A program made the translations under genes and the position numbers. From positions 916,668 to 980,667 of the forward strand of contig OZ246394.1 of NCBI GenBank assembly GCA_965230895.1: 64,000 nt of DNA, in the 5' to 3' direction. Positions 9,441-18,627 of this stretch are shown piece after piece; within the stretch, counting starts at the first letter, position 1; each line of letters begins with the position of its first letter. This DNA comes from an uncultured Gammaproteobacteria bacterium (GTDB lineage Bacteria > Patescibacteriota > Microgenomatia > Levybacterales > UBA12049). The notes below the pieces were generated by a model, which was not told the DNA's origin, ran no database searches, and saw only the letters and a list, made by a program, of their open reading frames with translations.

Positions 9441-9524
9441 ATTATATGAAATCTTACTCATCTGTCAATAGTGTGCTTGCATTTGCGAACAATACTATTA
9501 TAATAGTAATGCAGAGTAAGATTT
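9441..9524. promoter_or_regulatory. Divergent mscL / ABC-transporter promoter region with palindromes
   Basis: Minus strand: TTGACA (9463-9468), N16, TATAAT (9441-9446). Plus strand: TTGCAT, N16, TATAAT (9499-9504). A 16-bp palindrome spans 9493-9508, and 11-bp inverted repeats lie at 9449-9459 and 9514-9524. Confidence 0.6.
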
Positions 9525-9628
9525 GCCCGCTTTGCAAAAGTTTTGAATACAATTTTTATGATGACCCTGCAAACATATTAACCTCTTGTATTTCCAACTC
9601 GCAAACTGGCATCCTATCTTAATTTTCT

Positions 9629-11389
9629 ATGTTAAAACATATACCAAAAGAACCAATTGCATATGGGATCTATCTCACAAAGATGCATAAACGATGGGCC
9701 TTCGTGGCTTTACTTTGTGTGTTTATTGCCACGGCGTTTGATAGATCATCTGTTATTTTTCTCAAAAACTTAACTGATTCAATTACTTTAGGACCAGGAG
9801 CCTTAGACCAGATATGGGTGTGGGCCATTGGCTATCCACTTGTATTGTTGAGTGCACATATCTTTTGGAGGGGTAGTGGTTTTTCCGGAATGCGGTGGTT
9901 CATGAATTTTAGAGCTTCATCATATGAGTCTCTTTATAACTATCTTTCGCTTCACAGTAAAGATTTTTTCAGTAGTAGATTTGCTGGAGCATTGACGAAC
10001 AAAATCAATAATGCGACTGACGGTTCTGAAAGTATTTTCGAAAAAGCGCTATGGCAATTCATCCCTTTAGTAATTGGACTTGTTTGGTATGTAGTTTTTG
10101 CATGGACGCAGAATTATATTCTAGGAGTTATTATTGGCTGTTGGTCAGTACTTTTTATTGGAATAAATATATGGTTCGCAAAAAAGCTCCAACCACGATC
10201 GTATAAGTCTGCTGAGACCTTATCGAATTTGAAAGGGCGTATTGTTGATTCGCTTTCAAATATTTCTTTAGTACATGAATATGCCAATGTTACTGGAGAA
10301 AGAAATTACATACAAGGATATATTCACTCACATAAAAATGCTGGACTAAAACATTGGACGATGAGTGAATTGATACTTACTTTTAACGGAATCTTCATAA
10401 CTTTATTTGTACTTTTAATGACATGCACATCAGTATACTTATTTCAGAGTGGAGCGATCAGTATTGGGACAGTTGTGATGATCATCGCCATTGTTAGTAA
10501 TCTTTATGGGCAATTACTTTTTATTGGACAGGAACTTCGTGATGCAGCAACGTATTATGGAGAAGCAAAAGAAGGTTTATCAGAGATATTAAAAGACCAT
10601 GCAATTGTCGATGCACCTCATGCAAAAACAGTGGACATAAAAAAAGGAGCAATCACTATTGATGGCATAGATTTCCAATATGAAGAAAAGAAAATATTTA
10701 ACAACTTTTCTCTTAAAATTCCTGCCGGACAGAAAGTTGGACTTGTTGGAAGGAGTGGAGCTGGAAAAACAACGTTTGTATCATTATTGCTTCGCCATTT
10801 TGAGTTGAATGATGGAACTATAACAATTGATAATCATGATATATCGCAGATTACACTGAACAGTCTGAGAAACGCAATTGCATTTGTGCCACAAGATACA
10901 AGCCTTTTTCATCGTACTATTAAAGATAATATCCGATACAGCAATGAGAACGCTTCAGATGAAGCAGTCAGGAAAGCCGCAGAACAAAGTCAATCGAGTG
11001 AATTTATTGAAAGTTTGCCAAAAAGATATGACACGCTCGTTGGTGAGCGGGGTGTAAAACTTTCTGGAGGGCAACGACAAAGAATTGCTATTGCCCGAGC
11101 ATTCTTAAAAGATGCACCGATTGTTATTTTCGATGAGGCAACGAGTAGCCTAGATAGTCAAAGTGAGCATGCTATCCAAGAATCTATTGAAAACTTAATG
11201 GCAAATAGAACTGTTATCGCTATTGCACATAGACTTTCGACGTTGAAGAAAATGGATAGAATTGTCGTTATAGAGAATGGAAAGATTGTCGAAGATGGTG
11301 TACCTGATGAATTACTCAAGAAGAAAAAAGGAGTATTTAAAAATCTTTGGGACCATCAAATTAATGGATTTATCATGGACGAGCAATAA
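9629..11389 (+). CDS. ABC exporter, fused permease/ATP-binding protein (MsbA/multidrug-like)
   Basis: N-terminal multi-TM domain, Walker A GRSGAGKTT, signature LSGGQRQR, Walker B IFDEATS and H-loop IAHRLST. Confidence 0.95.
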   Translation: MLKHIPKEPIAYGIYLTKMHKRWAFVALLCVFIATAFDRSSVIFLKNLTDSITLGPGALDQIWVWAIGYPLVLLSAHIFWRGSGFSGMRWFMNFRASSYESLYNYLSLHSKDFFSSRFAGALTNKINNATDGSESIFEKALWQFIPLVIGLVWYVVFAWTQNYILGVIIGCWSVLFIGINIWFAKKLQPRSYKSAETLSNLKGRIVDSLSNISLVHEYANVTGERNYIQGYIHSHKNAGLKHWTMSELILTFNGIFITLFVLLMTCTSVYLFQSGAISIGTVVMIIAIVSNLYGQLLFIGQELRDAATYYGEAKEGLSEILKDHAIVDAPHAKTVDIKKGAITIDGIDFQYEEKKIFNNFSLKIPAGQKVGLVGRSGAGKTTFVSLLLRHFELNDGTITIDNHDISQITLNSLRNAIAFVPQDTSLFHRTIKDNIRYSNENASDEAVRKAAEQSQSSEFIESLPKRYDTLVGERGVKLSGGQRQRIAIARAFLKDAPIVIFDEATSSLDSQSEHAIQESIENLMANRTVIAIAHRLSTLKKMDRIVVIENGKIVEDGVPDELLKKKKGVFKNLWDHQINGFIMDEQ

Positions 11390-11406
11390 TCTGCTATAAT
11401 AGATGT

Positions 11407-11856
11407 ATGAACAAACAAGAACTTAAAGACGAACTAAAGAAATCGATGCTTGCGAAAGATACTGAAAAGACCGGTGTACTTCGTATGGTTATCTCTGCAT
11501 TAGGATATTATGAAATTGAAAAAGGTGGAGCAGGTTATGAAGCAACTGAAGAAGATGTAATGACTGTTCTACAGAAGCAGGTAAAGCAACGCCGTGACTC
11601 AGTAGAACAATTTAAAGCTGGTGGGCGAGATGATCTTGTAGAAAACGAGATGAAAGAGATTGCCATGCTTGAACCTTATTTACCACAACAAATGGGTGAA
11701 GAAGAGATCGCAAAACTCGTTGATGAAGCAATCTCATCAACAGGCGCATCTTCAGCACAAGATATGGGAAAAGTAATGGGAGCACTTATACCAAAAACAA
11801 AAGGTAAAGCCGATGGAGCAATTGTCAGCAGAATTGTACGAGAAAAACTTCAATAA
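11407..11856 (+). CDS. GatB/YqeY domain protein
   Basis: KQRRDSVEQF..GGRDDL...E...LEPYLPQQM and DMGKVMG...GKADG pattern. Confidence 0.92.
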   Translation: MNKQELKDELKKSMLAKDTEKTGVLRMVISALGYYEIEKGGAGYEATEEDVMTVLQKQVKQRRDSVEQFKAGGRDDLVENEMKEIAMLEPYLPQQMGEEEIAKLVDEAISSTGASSAQDMGKVMGALIPKTKGKADGAIVSRIVREKLQ

Positions 11857-12272
11857 GACTCTCCATAAGAAATCGCTTTCAATATAGATTCTTTATAAAA
11901 ATCAGGAATATTGAGCATATCTAACTCATTTACTGAGAATTGTTTAAACTCCGCTTTACCTCCTTCGCCCTCTAATTCGAACTCTCCGACCTTCCTCACA
12001 GCTTCACATAAATATGTCACAATCAAAACTCCATGAGATTCATCAATTGATTGTTTGACTGTGTACATATGCGCTTGCAACAGATCACGAACTCGAACTT
12101 CAAACCCTAATTCTTCCTCCATTTCACGAATTACTGTCTGCTCTGGTTGCTCACCTTTTTCCAATTTACCTCCTGGAAGTTCCCATTCTTCACGTTCATT
12201 TTTGCGCAACCAAACTTTGCTATTTTCTATAACTAATCCTTTTACAGAGACAGGTATCATATATGTATTCAT
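11850..12272 (-). CDS. NUDIX hydrolase
   Basis: Nudix box GGKLEKGEQPEQTVIREMEEELG. Confidence 0.9.
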   Translation of the reverse strand: MNTYMIPVSVKGLVIENSKVWLRKNEREEWELPGGKLEKGEQPEQTVIREMEEELGFEVRVRDLLQAHMYTVKQSIDESHGVLIVTYLCEAVRKVGEFELEGEGGKAEFKQFSVNELDMLNIPDFYKESILKAISYGESY

Positions 12273-12736
12273 ACTAAAGCTCCAATTTTTTTTAATTCTT
12301 TCTCTAAATCTTTTGCATTAGTAAATAAAATCCCATGCATTCCTAATGCATTCGCTGCATCAATGTTTACTTGTAGATCATCTACATAAAACGTCTCATG
12401 TGGCGCGGCTTCAACCTTTTCGAGCGCTAGTAAGTATATTTCGGGATCAGGCTTTCGTTTATTAACTTGATACGAGAATATTAATTCATCAAACTCATCA
12501 TATATCCCTTTTTGTGTTAAATAGAGCGCATGCTCTGCTACTGTATTGGAAAGAACAGCAAGAGGCATCTGAATGTTTTTCAATTGCTTCACTATTTCCA
12601 TAACATCGTCATGAATATAATGATTACGGAATTCCTCTTCGGTGAGAGATTCGTGATCAATAAGAAAATCTTCGGGAGAGAATAGTGTACTTTTATGAAG
12701 CACACCTCCAACATCAAAAATGCCTGCCGTTATCAT
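12269..12736 (-). CDS. HAD-superfamily phosphatase with very short cap
   Basis: FDVGGVL, LSN, KPDPEIY and VDD motifs. Confidence 0.88.
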   Translation of the reverse strand: MITAGIFDVGGVLHKSTLFSPEDFLIDHESLTEEEFRNHYIHDDVMEIVKQLKNIQMPLAVLSNTVAEHALYLTQKGIYDEFDELIFSYQVNKRKPDPEIYLLALEKVEAAPHETFYVDDLQVNIDAANALGMHGILFTNAKDLEKELKKIGALV

Positions 12737-13170
12737 AAACCAAATAAATTCTTTACCTTTTGTACAAATGATGAACTTTGAGCGGCAGGCTGTGTAGGCT
12801 GAACAACCTGGACACTAACATTGTCTCCACCTTGAGCCTGAATCTGCGCAGCTTGCTCTGGTGTCAACTGTAATTGATTAGGATCAATTTGTACCGTTTG
12901 AGTATTTTGTCCTTGTTGGGAAAGGGCTTGCTGGACAACTCCGCTGGAAAATAGGTCACGAATTTTTGTATTCATAAGATTATTATTGCCTGCCATTCCC
13001 AATAGCTGCTGGAACTTTTCAGGGCTAATATGCATTGCCTGCATAACCATGCCTTGCGCTTGCGGATTACTTTTGAGAACTTCACCCAATGTTTGATCAA
13101 GGATACCTTGATGCTGTTGAGCCATTTGTAGAGGAAGTGTATGATTACTGTCTGTTGTTTGATCAGCCAT
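12733..13170 (-). CDS. Hypothetical Gln-rich protein
   Basis: 145-aa ORF coupled to the downstream gene by an ATGA overlap. An extended -10 (TGtTATACT) lies 6 nt upstream of its ATG. Confidence 0.75.
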   Translation of the reverse strand: MADQTTDSNHTLPLQMAQQHQGILDQTLGEVLKSNPQAQGMVMQAMHISPEKFQQLLGMAGNNNLMNTKIRDLFSSGVVQQALSQQGQNTQTVQIDPNQLQLTPEQAAQIQAQGGDNVSVQVVQPTQPAAQSSSFVQKVKNLFGL

Positions 13171-13190
13171 GCATTTAGTATAACAGATTA

Positions 13191-14102
13191 CTATTTTCTA
13201 CGATTTTTCTTCTTCTCTGCCCATTCCTGCCAGACAACAAGCAATGGAGCTGCGTTAAAGATTGAAGAATATGTACCTGCTGCCATACCGATAAGCATAG
13301 CTACGATAAACCATCGGATTGTTTCTCCTCCAAAAATAAGGAGTGTTACAAGAACAAGCATTGTTGTCAGTGAAGTGTTTAATGAACGCACAAGAGTCTG
13401 GAGAATAGAATCATTCGCTACTTGTGCAAATGGTGCTTCAATATTTCGTCGAAGATTTTCTCGAATACGATCAAATACTACAATGGTGTCATGAACTGAA
13501 AATCCGAGCACAGTTAATAGGGCCGTGACAAACAAACTATCAACTTCTACGTTGAAGAAGTGGCCCAGAAGTGAGAAGATACCGATCACAACTAAAGCAT
13601 CATGCAACATCGCGATAATCGCACAAACACCAAATCTCCATGAACTTACTGGCTTGCGAACTCCACGGAAAGACCATGCAATATAAAGGATGATAAGTAA
13701 TGATGAAATTCCGATTGAACTGAGAGCGTTAATCGCAGTTTCTTGACCGATAACAGGACCAATTGTCTCAAATTGCTCTTGCGTTACTTTACCGGTTTTA
13801 TTCTGCAGTTCTTTGAGAAGTGCTACGTCTTGTTTATCGTTAATTGGTTTTGTACGAATGATTACTTGTTCGTCTGATGGTTGCACAGTAACTATTTCAA
13901 TCTTTTGGGATTCGAAGACATCACGGATCTCTTCAACTTTTTGCTCATTTACGGTTTGCGGATATTGAAGAACGATACGTGAACCACCTGTAAAATCAAT
14001 TGAGAGCTTCAATCCCCACAAGAAAAGAGATACTACTCCTGGAATAATAATCAGAAGTGAGAGTGCAAAATACCAATTTCTTTTTCCAATAATATTTAAC
14101 AT
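13191..14102 (-). CDS. secF: Protein translocase subunit SecF
   Basis: IDFTGGS, HD, GFSVHDTIVVFDRIREN and RSLNTSLTT motifs. Confidence 0.96.
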   Translation of the reverse strand: MLNIIGKRNWYFALSLLIIIPGVVSLFLWGLKLSIDFTGGSRIVLQYPQTVNEQKVEEIRDVFESQKIEIVTVQPSDEQVIIRTKPINDKQDVALLKELQNKTGKVTQEQFETIGPVIGQETAINALSSIGISSLLIILYIAWSFRGVRKPVSSWRFGVCAIIAMLHDALVVIGIFSLLGHFFNVEVDSLFVTALLTVLGFSVHDTIVVFDRIRENLRRNIEAPFAQVANDSILQTLVRSLNTSLTTMLVLVTLLIFGGETIRWFIVAMLIGMAAGTYSSIFNAAPLLVVWQEWAEKKKNRRK

Positions 14103-14105
14103 AGG

Positions 14106-15497
14106 TTAGTCTTTTTTATAGAAAATTTGTAACAGTGTACGTGTGACAAAAATTGCTGAGAACAATGAAACAATGATACCAAGTGCAAGGGTAAAAGCAA
14201 ACCCACGAACCACACCTGTTCCAAAGTAGAACAGTACAGAACTCGTAATCAAACTTGCCATGTTAGAGTCTCGAATCGAAAGCCATGCTCGCTCAAATCC
14301 CATTTCAATTGCTGCTTTGTTGGATCGACCGCGACGCTGTTCTTCTTTCATTCTTTCAAAGATAAGAATGTTTGCATCAACCGCAATACCAACAGAAAGG
14401 ATAAATCCAGCAATACCTGCAAGTGTTAATGTAACTGGGATTAATCTAAACAATGCAAGCAAGATGAGTGAATAAACTGCGAGAGCAATTGAAGCAATAA
14501 AACCAAGACGTCCATAAAGAACTGTCATAAAGATGACCACTACAACGAAGCCAATTAATCCGGCAACAAGACTTTTCTGGACTGATTCTTGACCCAATGT
14601 CGCTCCAATTGCTTGTTGCTGGAGAACATTAAGAGAAACAGGGAGCGCACCAGCATTTAATTGAATTTGTAAATTGTTCGCAGTCTGCGTATTAAATTCG
14701 CCAGTGATTACGGCACTACCACCAAAGATCGGTTCATTAACCCGTGGTGCTTCAATAAGTTGATCATCAAGAGCGATTGCGATAATTTTCCCGACATTTC
14801 GTTCTGTAATATCACCAAATTTTTTCGCTCCATCTGTTGTAAATTGGAGTTCTACCTGGGGTTTCCCTGTATTTGGATCAAAAACGACTGATGCTTTCTT
14901 AAGATCTTTTCCATCAAGTTCTGTTTGCTTAGCTGTTGGTCCAAGAAGTTGAGGAATACCAAGTGGTTTTCCTTGAGCTGCTAAAGCAGCCGCCTCACTT
15001 GCTGTTTCCGCTGACCCTGTTGCAAGAGGTTCTCCTTCTTCCCAAAATGTTAATTTCGCTGTTTGTCCAACCAATTGGACAGCCTGATTAACATCTGTAA
15101 CTCCTGGAATTTCGACTAAGATACGGTATTCATTTCCTGCCTTAGAAGTTTGCACTAAGGGTTCAGAAACTCCAAGGAAGTTGATACGTTTTTCAATGAC
15201 TTCCTTCGCTGAATTTAAGGCATTATCGCGCTCTGCTGTCGGAACATCTTTCATATCCGCACGCAAAGTAATACTTGTTCCTCCTTGCAAATCTAAACCA
15301 CGCTTGAATGAAAGATCCCGTCCAATATTTTGTAACAAAGCAATTCCGTGATAATCATATTTAACTGGGTAAGATTGGCCGGTAAATGGATTTGGGATTG
15401 AGAAATCGACTTTAAGAGGAGTAGCAAGATTAATAACAATACTGACGATTGTTACAAAGAGGATTAAAAAGAATGCCATGCGTGGGCTCTTAATCAT
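14106..15497 (-). CDS. secD: Protein translocase subunit SecD
   Basis: GLDLQGG, LNAGALP, TLTLAGIAG and AVDANILIFERMKEE motifs. Confidence 0.96.
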   Translation of the reverse strand: MIKSPRMAFFLILFVTIVSIVINLATPLKVDFSIPNPFTGQSYPVKYDYHGIALLQNIGRDLSFKRGLDLQGGTSITLRADMKDVPTAERDNALNSAKEVIEKRINFLGVSEPLVQTSKAGNEYRILVEIPGVTDVNQAVQLVGQTAKLTFWEEGEPLATGSAETASEAAALAAQGKPLGIPQLLGPTAKQTELDGKDLKKASVVFDPNTGKPQVELQFTTDGAKKFGDITERNVGKIIAIALDDQLIEAPRVNEPIFGGSAVITGEFNTQTANNLQIQLNAGALPVSLNVLQQQAIGATLGQESVQKSLVAGLIGFVVVVIFMTVLYGRLGFIASIALAVYSLILLALFRLIPVTLTLAGIAGFILSVGIAVDANILIFERMKEEQRRGRSNKAAIEMGFERAWLSIRDSNMASLITSSVLFYFGTGVVRGFAFTLALGIIVSLFSAIFVTRTLLQIFYKKD

Positions 15498-16069
15498 GTC
15501 AATAGTCCTTCCTCGTCTCCAATAATCATAACTCGTGAACTGGAGAGAATACCAACAATAAAAGGATCATTTCTTTGCTTTCGGAACTTAAACTCCTCTT
15601 CGGTCATCGCAGTGTAATTAATTTCAGTCCCAAGTCGCATTTCTTCATTTCGGACAAGGATTGCGAGTTCAGGGAGAACAACAGTGCCTACCACAATCAA
15701 ATCAACTTCTTCAGGATTTTCCTTTACTCTTCTGACAAACTTCCCAGAGAACATAGCAAACTTTATCTTTCCTAACTTTGGACGATTCTCAAGTATTTGT
15801 TGTCCTAACCCAATCGTTTTTGCACCGATCTTTAACAGGTCAAAATAGAAAGGATATTCTTTATTCAAAGAATAGTAAACTCTGTTTGCGCGCTGCTCTT
15901 TTTGGAGTACACCTTTTTTTTCGAGAGAGAGAAGTTCACGTCGTACGGCGTTAATTTCTTCTTCTGTTCGACGGACGCATTCCCGAACGTGGTACATATC
16001 ATTAGGTTGTGTGAGGAAGAGATTGAGCAGTTTTATTCGGGTTTTTGATGTAATTAAATCTGAGAACAT
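15494..16069 (-). CDS. Winged-HTH protein fused to a degenerate nucleotidyltransferase-like domain
   Basis: N-terminal wHTH-like segment (HVRECVR...NAVRRELLSLEKKG...RVYY). C-terminal FSGKF..VDLIVVG...EINY resembles minimal NTase domains. Confidence 0.7.
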   Translation of the reverse strand: MFSDLITSKTRIKLLNLFLTQPNDMYHVRECVRRTEEEINAVRRELLSLEKKGVLQKEQRANRVYYSLNKEYPFYFDLLKIGAKTIGLGQQILENRPKLGKIKFAMFSGKFVRRVKENPEEVDLIVVGTVVLPELAILVRNEEMRLGTEINYTAMTEEEFKFRKQRNDPFIVGILSSSRVMIIGDEEGLLT

Positions 16070-16171
16070 ACTTTTGAGAGCCTTTGGAGATTATAGCAAA
16101 GATGTGTTCATTTTGACTAGATTGAGTTTTACTATAGATCTTTTTTTAAGTGAGATTTATAATTTTGAGGA

Positions 16172-17347
16172 TTATTTAACGTTAACATCAGCACCAATTG
16201 CTTGAACTTCAAACCAGATCTTACCAGGATTAAACTTAATTTCTTGCCCACTGCTATCTGTCAAACTAAGATGCGCCTGTCTATCAGCTTTTTCCCAAGT
16301 TGCTTCAATCTCTTTGCCGCCCACAAAGACAAGCGCGTCACCTGAACCCTTTGTGCCATAAAGCATATGTGCATTATTTTCGTACCCATCATTTGCATGA
16401 CTTTCCTTCATGAAGAGTACAACAACATTTGTGGTACTAAGCTGCTTCTTTGTATTACGATCCATGTGTGGATCTCCACCATTCTTTCGAAGATATACAT
16501 TAGTCTTTGGATCATACGTCCATGTTACTGAATAATCTGGATAATCCCATGGAATATCAATAACTTGCGCTTTTGTTCCCACTACTGGCTTAGAATTAAA
16601 TGAGTATGAAGTAAATGATTCATTCCATTCCTTTCCATCTTTATCAACATTTGTCAGACCTCGTTCTTTTCCAACGTCCCAAAGCTTTGTTGTTACAGAA
16701 TACATAGTATGCTCTGTTGCAACCTCTCGACCTAATCTACTTTCATCACGTTTGAACGTAGGGAACCCAATTGAGAACTGGCTTAAATCATTATAAGAAC
16801 CCCATCCGTAATCATTAATTTGTCCAAGAGCATTTGCTGGTCCAGGAGTATTTGCGCCACCTACGTGAGCATAGAGAGGATATTCACCATACTCAGAAAC
16901 AAAATCAAGGAAATAAGTACGAGCTGAACGAACTGGTCCAACAATACCTGCATCCTGACAATAATAGATATTAAGAGTACGAGTAATTCCACCTTCAGCA
17001 ATAACTTCATATGTTATATCTGCTGCTTCTATACCTGATTGTGGGCGAGCATCAAGATGATTCTCAATCATCACTCCAAGTGGTCCGTGGCTTTCCCACC
17101 ATGCACGTTGGTCCTTAGGATAAAGAACACCAGTTAAAGGACATGCTTCAGTTTTCTCGCCTTCAAAAGTAAGGGCTTCATAAGCATTCGTTACTTTTCC
17201 ACCATCTGCTTTTGGAGAATCATTCCCTGCCAATTTTGTTAACGAAGGTTGTTGGGAAAAAATTGCATATGATGCACCTGCGGTAATAAGGTAAACTACA
17301 AATCCTAGTAAAAATATTTTTTTCATATCGGCAGTATTTTGTCTCAC
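16172..17347 (-). CDS. DUF3048-like membrane-anchored protein
   Basis: CPLTG, VMIEN..ARPQSG, EGGITR, GPVRSAR and HVGG motifs. Start may be the ATG at 17326. Confidence 0.85.
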   Translation of the reverse strand: MRQNTADMKKIFLLGFVVYLITAGASYAIFSQQPSLTKLAGNDSPKADGGKVTNAYEALTFEGEKTEACPLTGVLYPKDQRAWWESHGPLGVMIENHLDARPQSGIEAADITYEVIAEGGITRTLNIYYCQDAGIVGPVRSARTYFLDFVSEYGEYPLYAHVGGANTPGPANALGQINDYGWGSYNDLSQFSIGFPTFKRDESRLGREVATEHTMYSVTTKLWDVGKERGLTNVDKDGKEWNESFTSYSFNSKPVVGTKAQVIDIPWDYPDYSVTWTYDPKTNVYLRKNGGDPHMDRNTKKQLSTTNVVVLFMKESHANDGYENNAHMLYGTKGSGDALVFVGGKEIEATWEKADRQAHLSLTDSSGQEIKFNPGKIWFEVQAIGADVNVK

Positions 17348-17811
17348 TTGTTTGAACTTTCAGCCATTTTAATAGCTTTCTTTTCTTCTTCAGAGAGCTC
17401 TAATTCTACTCCTTTTCCTCGGGAAACTTTTTTGGTATACCATCGAGTTCCTGTTCGAGAATAAAGTGCTGTAATGACGATTCCAGTATCATGAGCATCT
17501 ACTAAAGCCAAAATAAAACTTTGATCTCCGCCTGTATCTTTAAACGGATTAAAGCGAAGAAGACCGATCTTTTGGATATGATACCTTCCGTCTTTTTCTA
17601 TTCTATCACAATGAGCAATTAGTTTGGCAATATCTTTTTTATTCTCATGAATATCTGTTACAACGCTACTGAGAATATCGTCAAGATTTTTTTTACTACC
17701 TCCTTGCGATAAATTAACATAATTTGAACGTAATTTTCGGAAAGAAAGGGTTAGAAAAATAAGCCAAATAATAACGATTATAAGACCGACAATTGTAAGC
17801 TGAACTACCAT
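17344..17811 (-). CDS. DUF4446-like membrane protein
   Basis: N-terminal TM, coiled coil and KIGLLRFNPFKDTGGDQSFILAL...LSEEE pattern. Confidence 0.85.
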   Translation of the reverse strand: MVVQLTIVGLIIVIIWLIFLTLSFRKLRSNYVNLSQGGSKKNLDDILSSVVTDIHENKKDIAKLIAHCDRIEKDGRYHIQKIGLLRFNPFKDTGGDQSFILALVDAHDTGIVITALYSRTGTRWYTKKVSRGKGVELELSEEEKKAIKMAESSNK

Positions 17812-17868
17812 ATGCCAATATTAGCCTCTTGACATAGGTTTAGTCAATAGTGTAACCTAGGCTCATTC

Positions 17869-18198
17869 ATGCCTAAAAAGAAACGTACACGTCAACAAAA
17901 GATACAGACAGATGTTAAGCGTCAGTCCCCTTCTCCAAGAACTCACGTAACATCATCAGCAGCAGTTACACGTGAAGTAAAAGAATCTCGTAATGAAGCT
18001 TCTGAAGCATTAGGCACATTCTCCCTTCCTCAGAAATATTTACAACAAGCAGCTACGGCTACGCACGTCCCACCAAAAGCTGTTGCAATAACAACATCTG
18101 AATATGGGTACCTTCGTGGAGATCTTCTCAAAACGACATTACTTACATTTGGTATTATCGCACTTGAATTGGTTATACACTTTTTCGTAATGAATTAG
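17869..18198 (+). CDS. Hypothetical small protein with basic N-terminus and C-terminal TM
   Basis: 109-aa ORF starting MPKKKRTRQQK, with YLRGDLLKT followed by a hydrophobic tail. TTGACA-N18-TAACCT lies upstream. Confidence 0.75.
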   Translation: MPKKKRTRQQKIQTDVKRQSPSPRTHVTSSAAVTREVKESRNEASEALGTFSLPQKYLQQAATATHVPPKAVAITTSEYGYLRGDLLKTTLLTFGIIALELVIHFFVMN

Positions 18199-18324
18199 TG
18201 ATGAGTATTATCACCATTGTATGCAATGGCCGTTACTTATGAAACATACGATATTATTCGCAATTGCACCCCATACTCTGTTATGCAGTTCTATGAGGTA
18301 TATGAAGGGAGGTGAATGATAACT

Positions 18325-18468
18325 ATGGCATCAATGTATTGTGTTAAATGTCGCGCAAAGAAAGAAGTCGACAATCCAGAAAAGGTTACTATGAAGAATG
18401 GTAAACCAGCTTTGAAGGCAAAGTGCCCAACTTGTGGTACAGGTATGTACAAAATTGGCGCAAACTAG
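18325..18468 (+). CDS. 47-aa basic zinc-finger microprotein (DUF5679-like)
   Basis: Not in the ORF track. MASMYCVKCRAKKEVDNPEKVTMKNGKPALKAKCPTCGTGMYKIGAN has two CxxC pairs. A strong SD (GGAGGTGA) lies upstream and a terminator downstream. Confidence 0.9.
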   Translation: MASMYCVKCRAKKEVDNPEKVTMKNGKPALKAKCPTCGTGMYKIGAN

Positions 18469-18540
18469 TCTCAAGTACTTTTGTTATCACAATGTGATAG
18501 CAAAGCTTCTCCTTGAAGCTAAAACTTCAAGGAACACAAT

Positions 18541-18570
18541 AAAACCCCGCTTAAGCGGGGTTTTTATTTT
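18541..18570 (+). terminator. Intrinsic, possibly bidirectional, terminator
   Basis: AAAACCCCGC-ttaa-GCGGGGTTTT followed by TATTTT. Confidence 0.85.
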
Positions 18571-18627
18571 TCATTTAAACCTACTGCGCCTTGACAGCAA
18601 ATTTGTGGAGATGAAACAATAGATGTA

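Noticed and set aside
18434-18622. ORF-track 62-aa ORF
   Set aside because: It overlaps the end of the real 47-aa gene and runs through the terminator hairpins.
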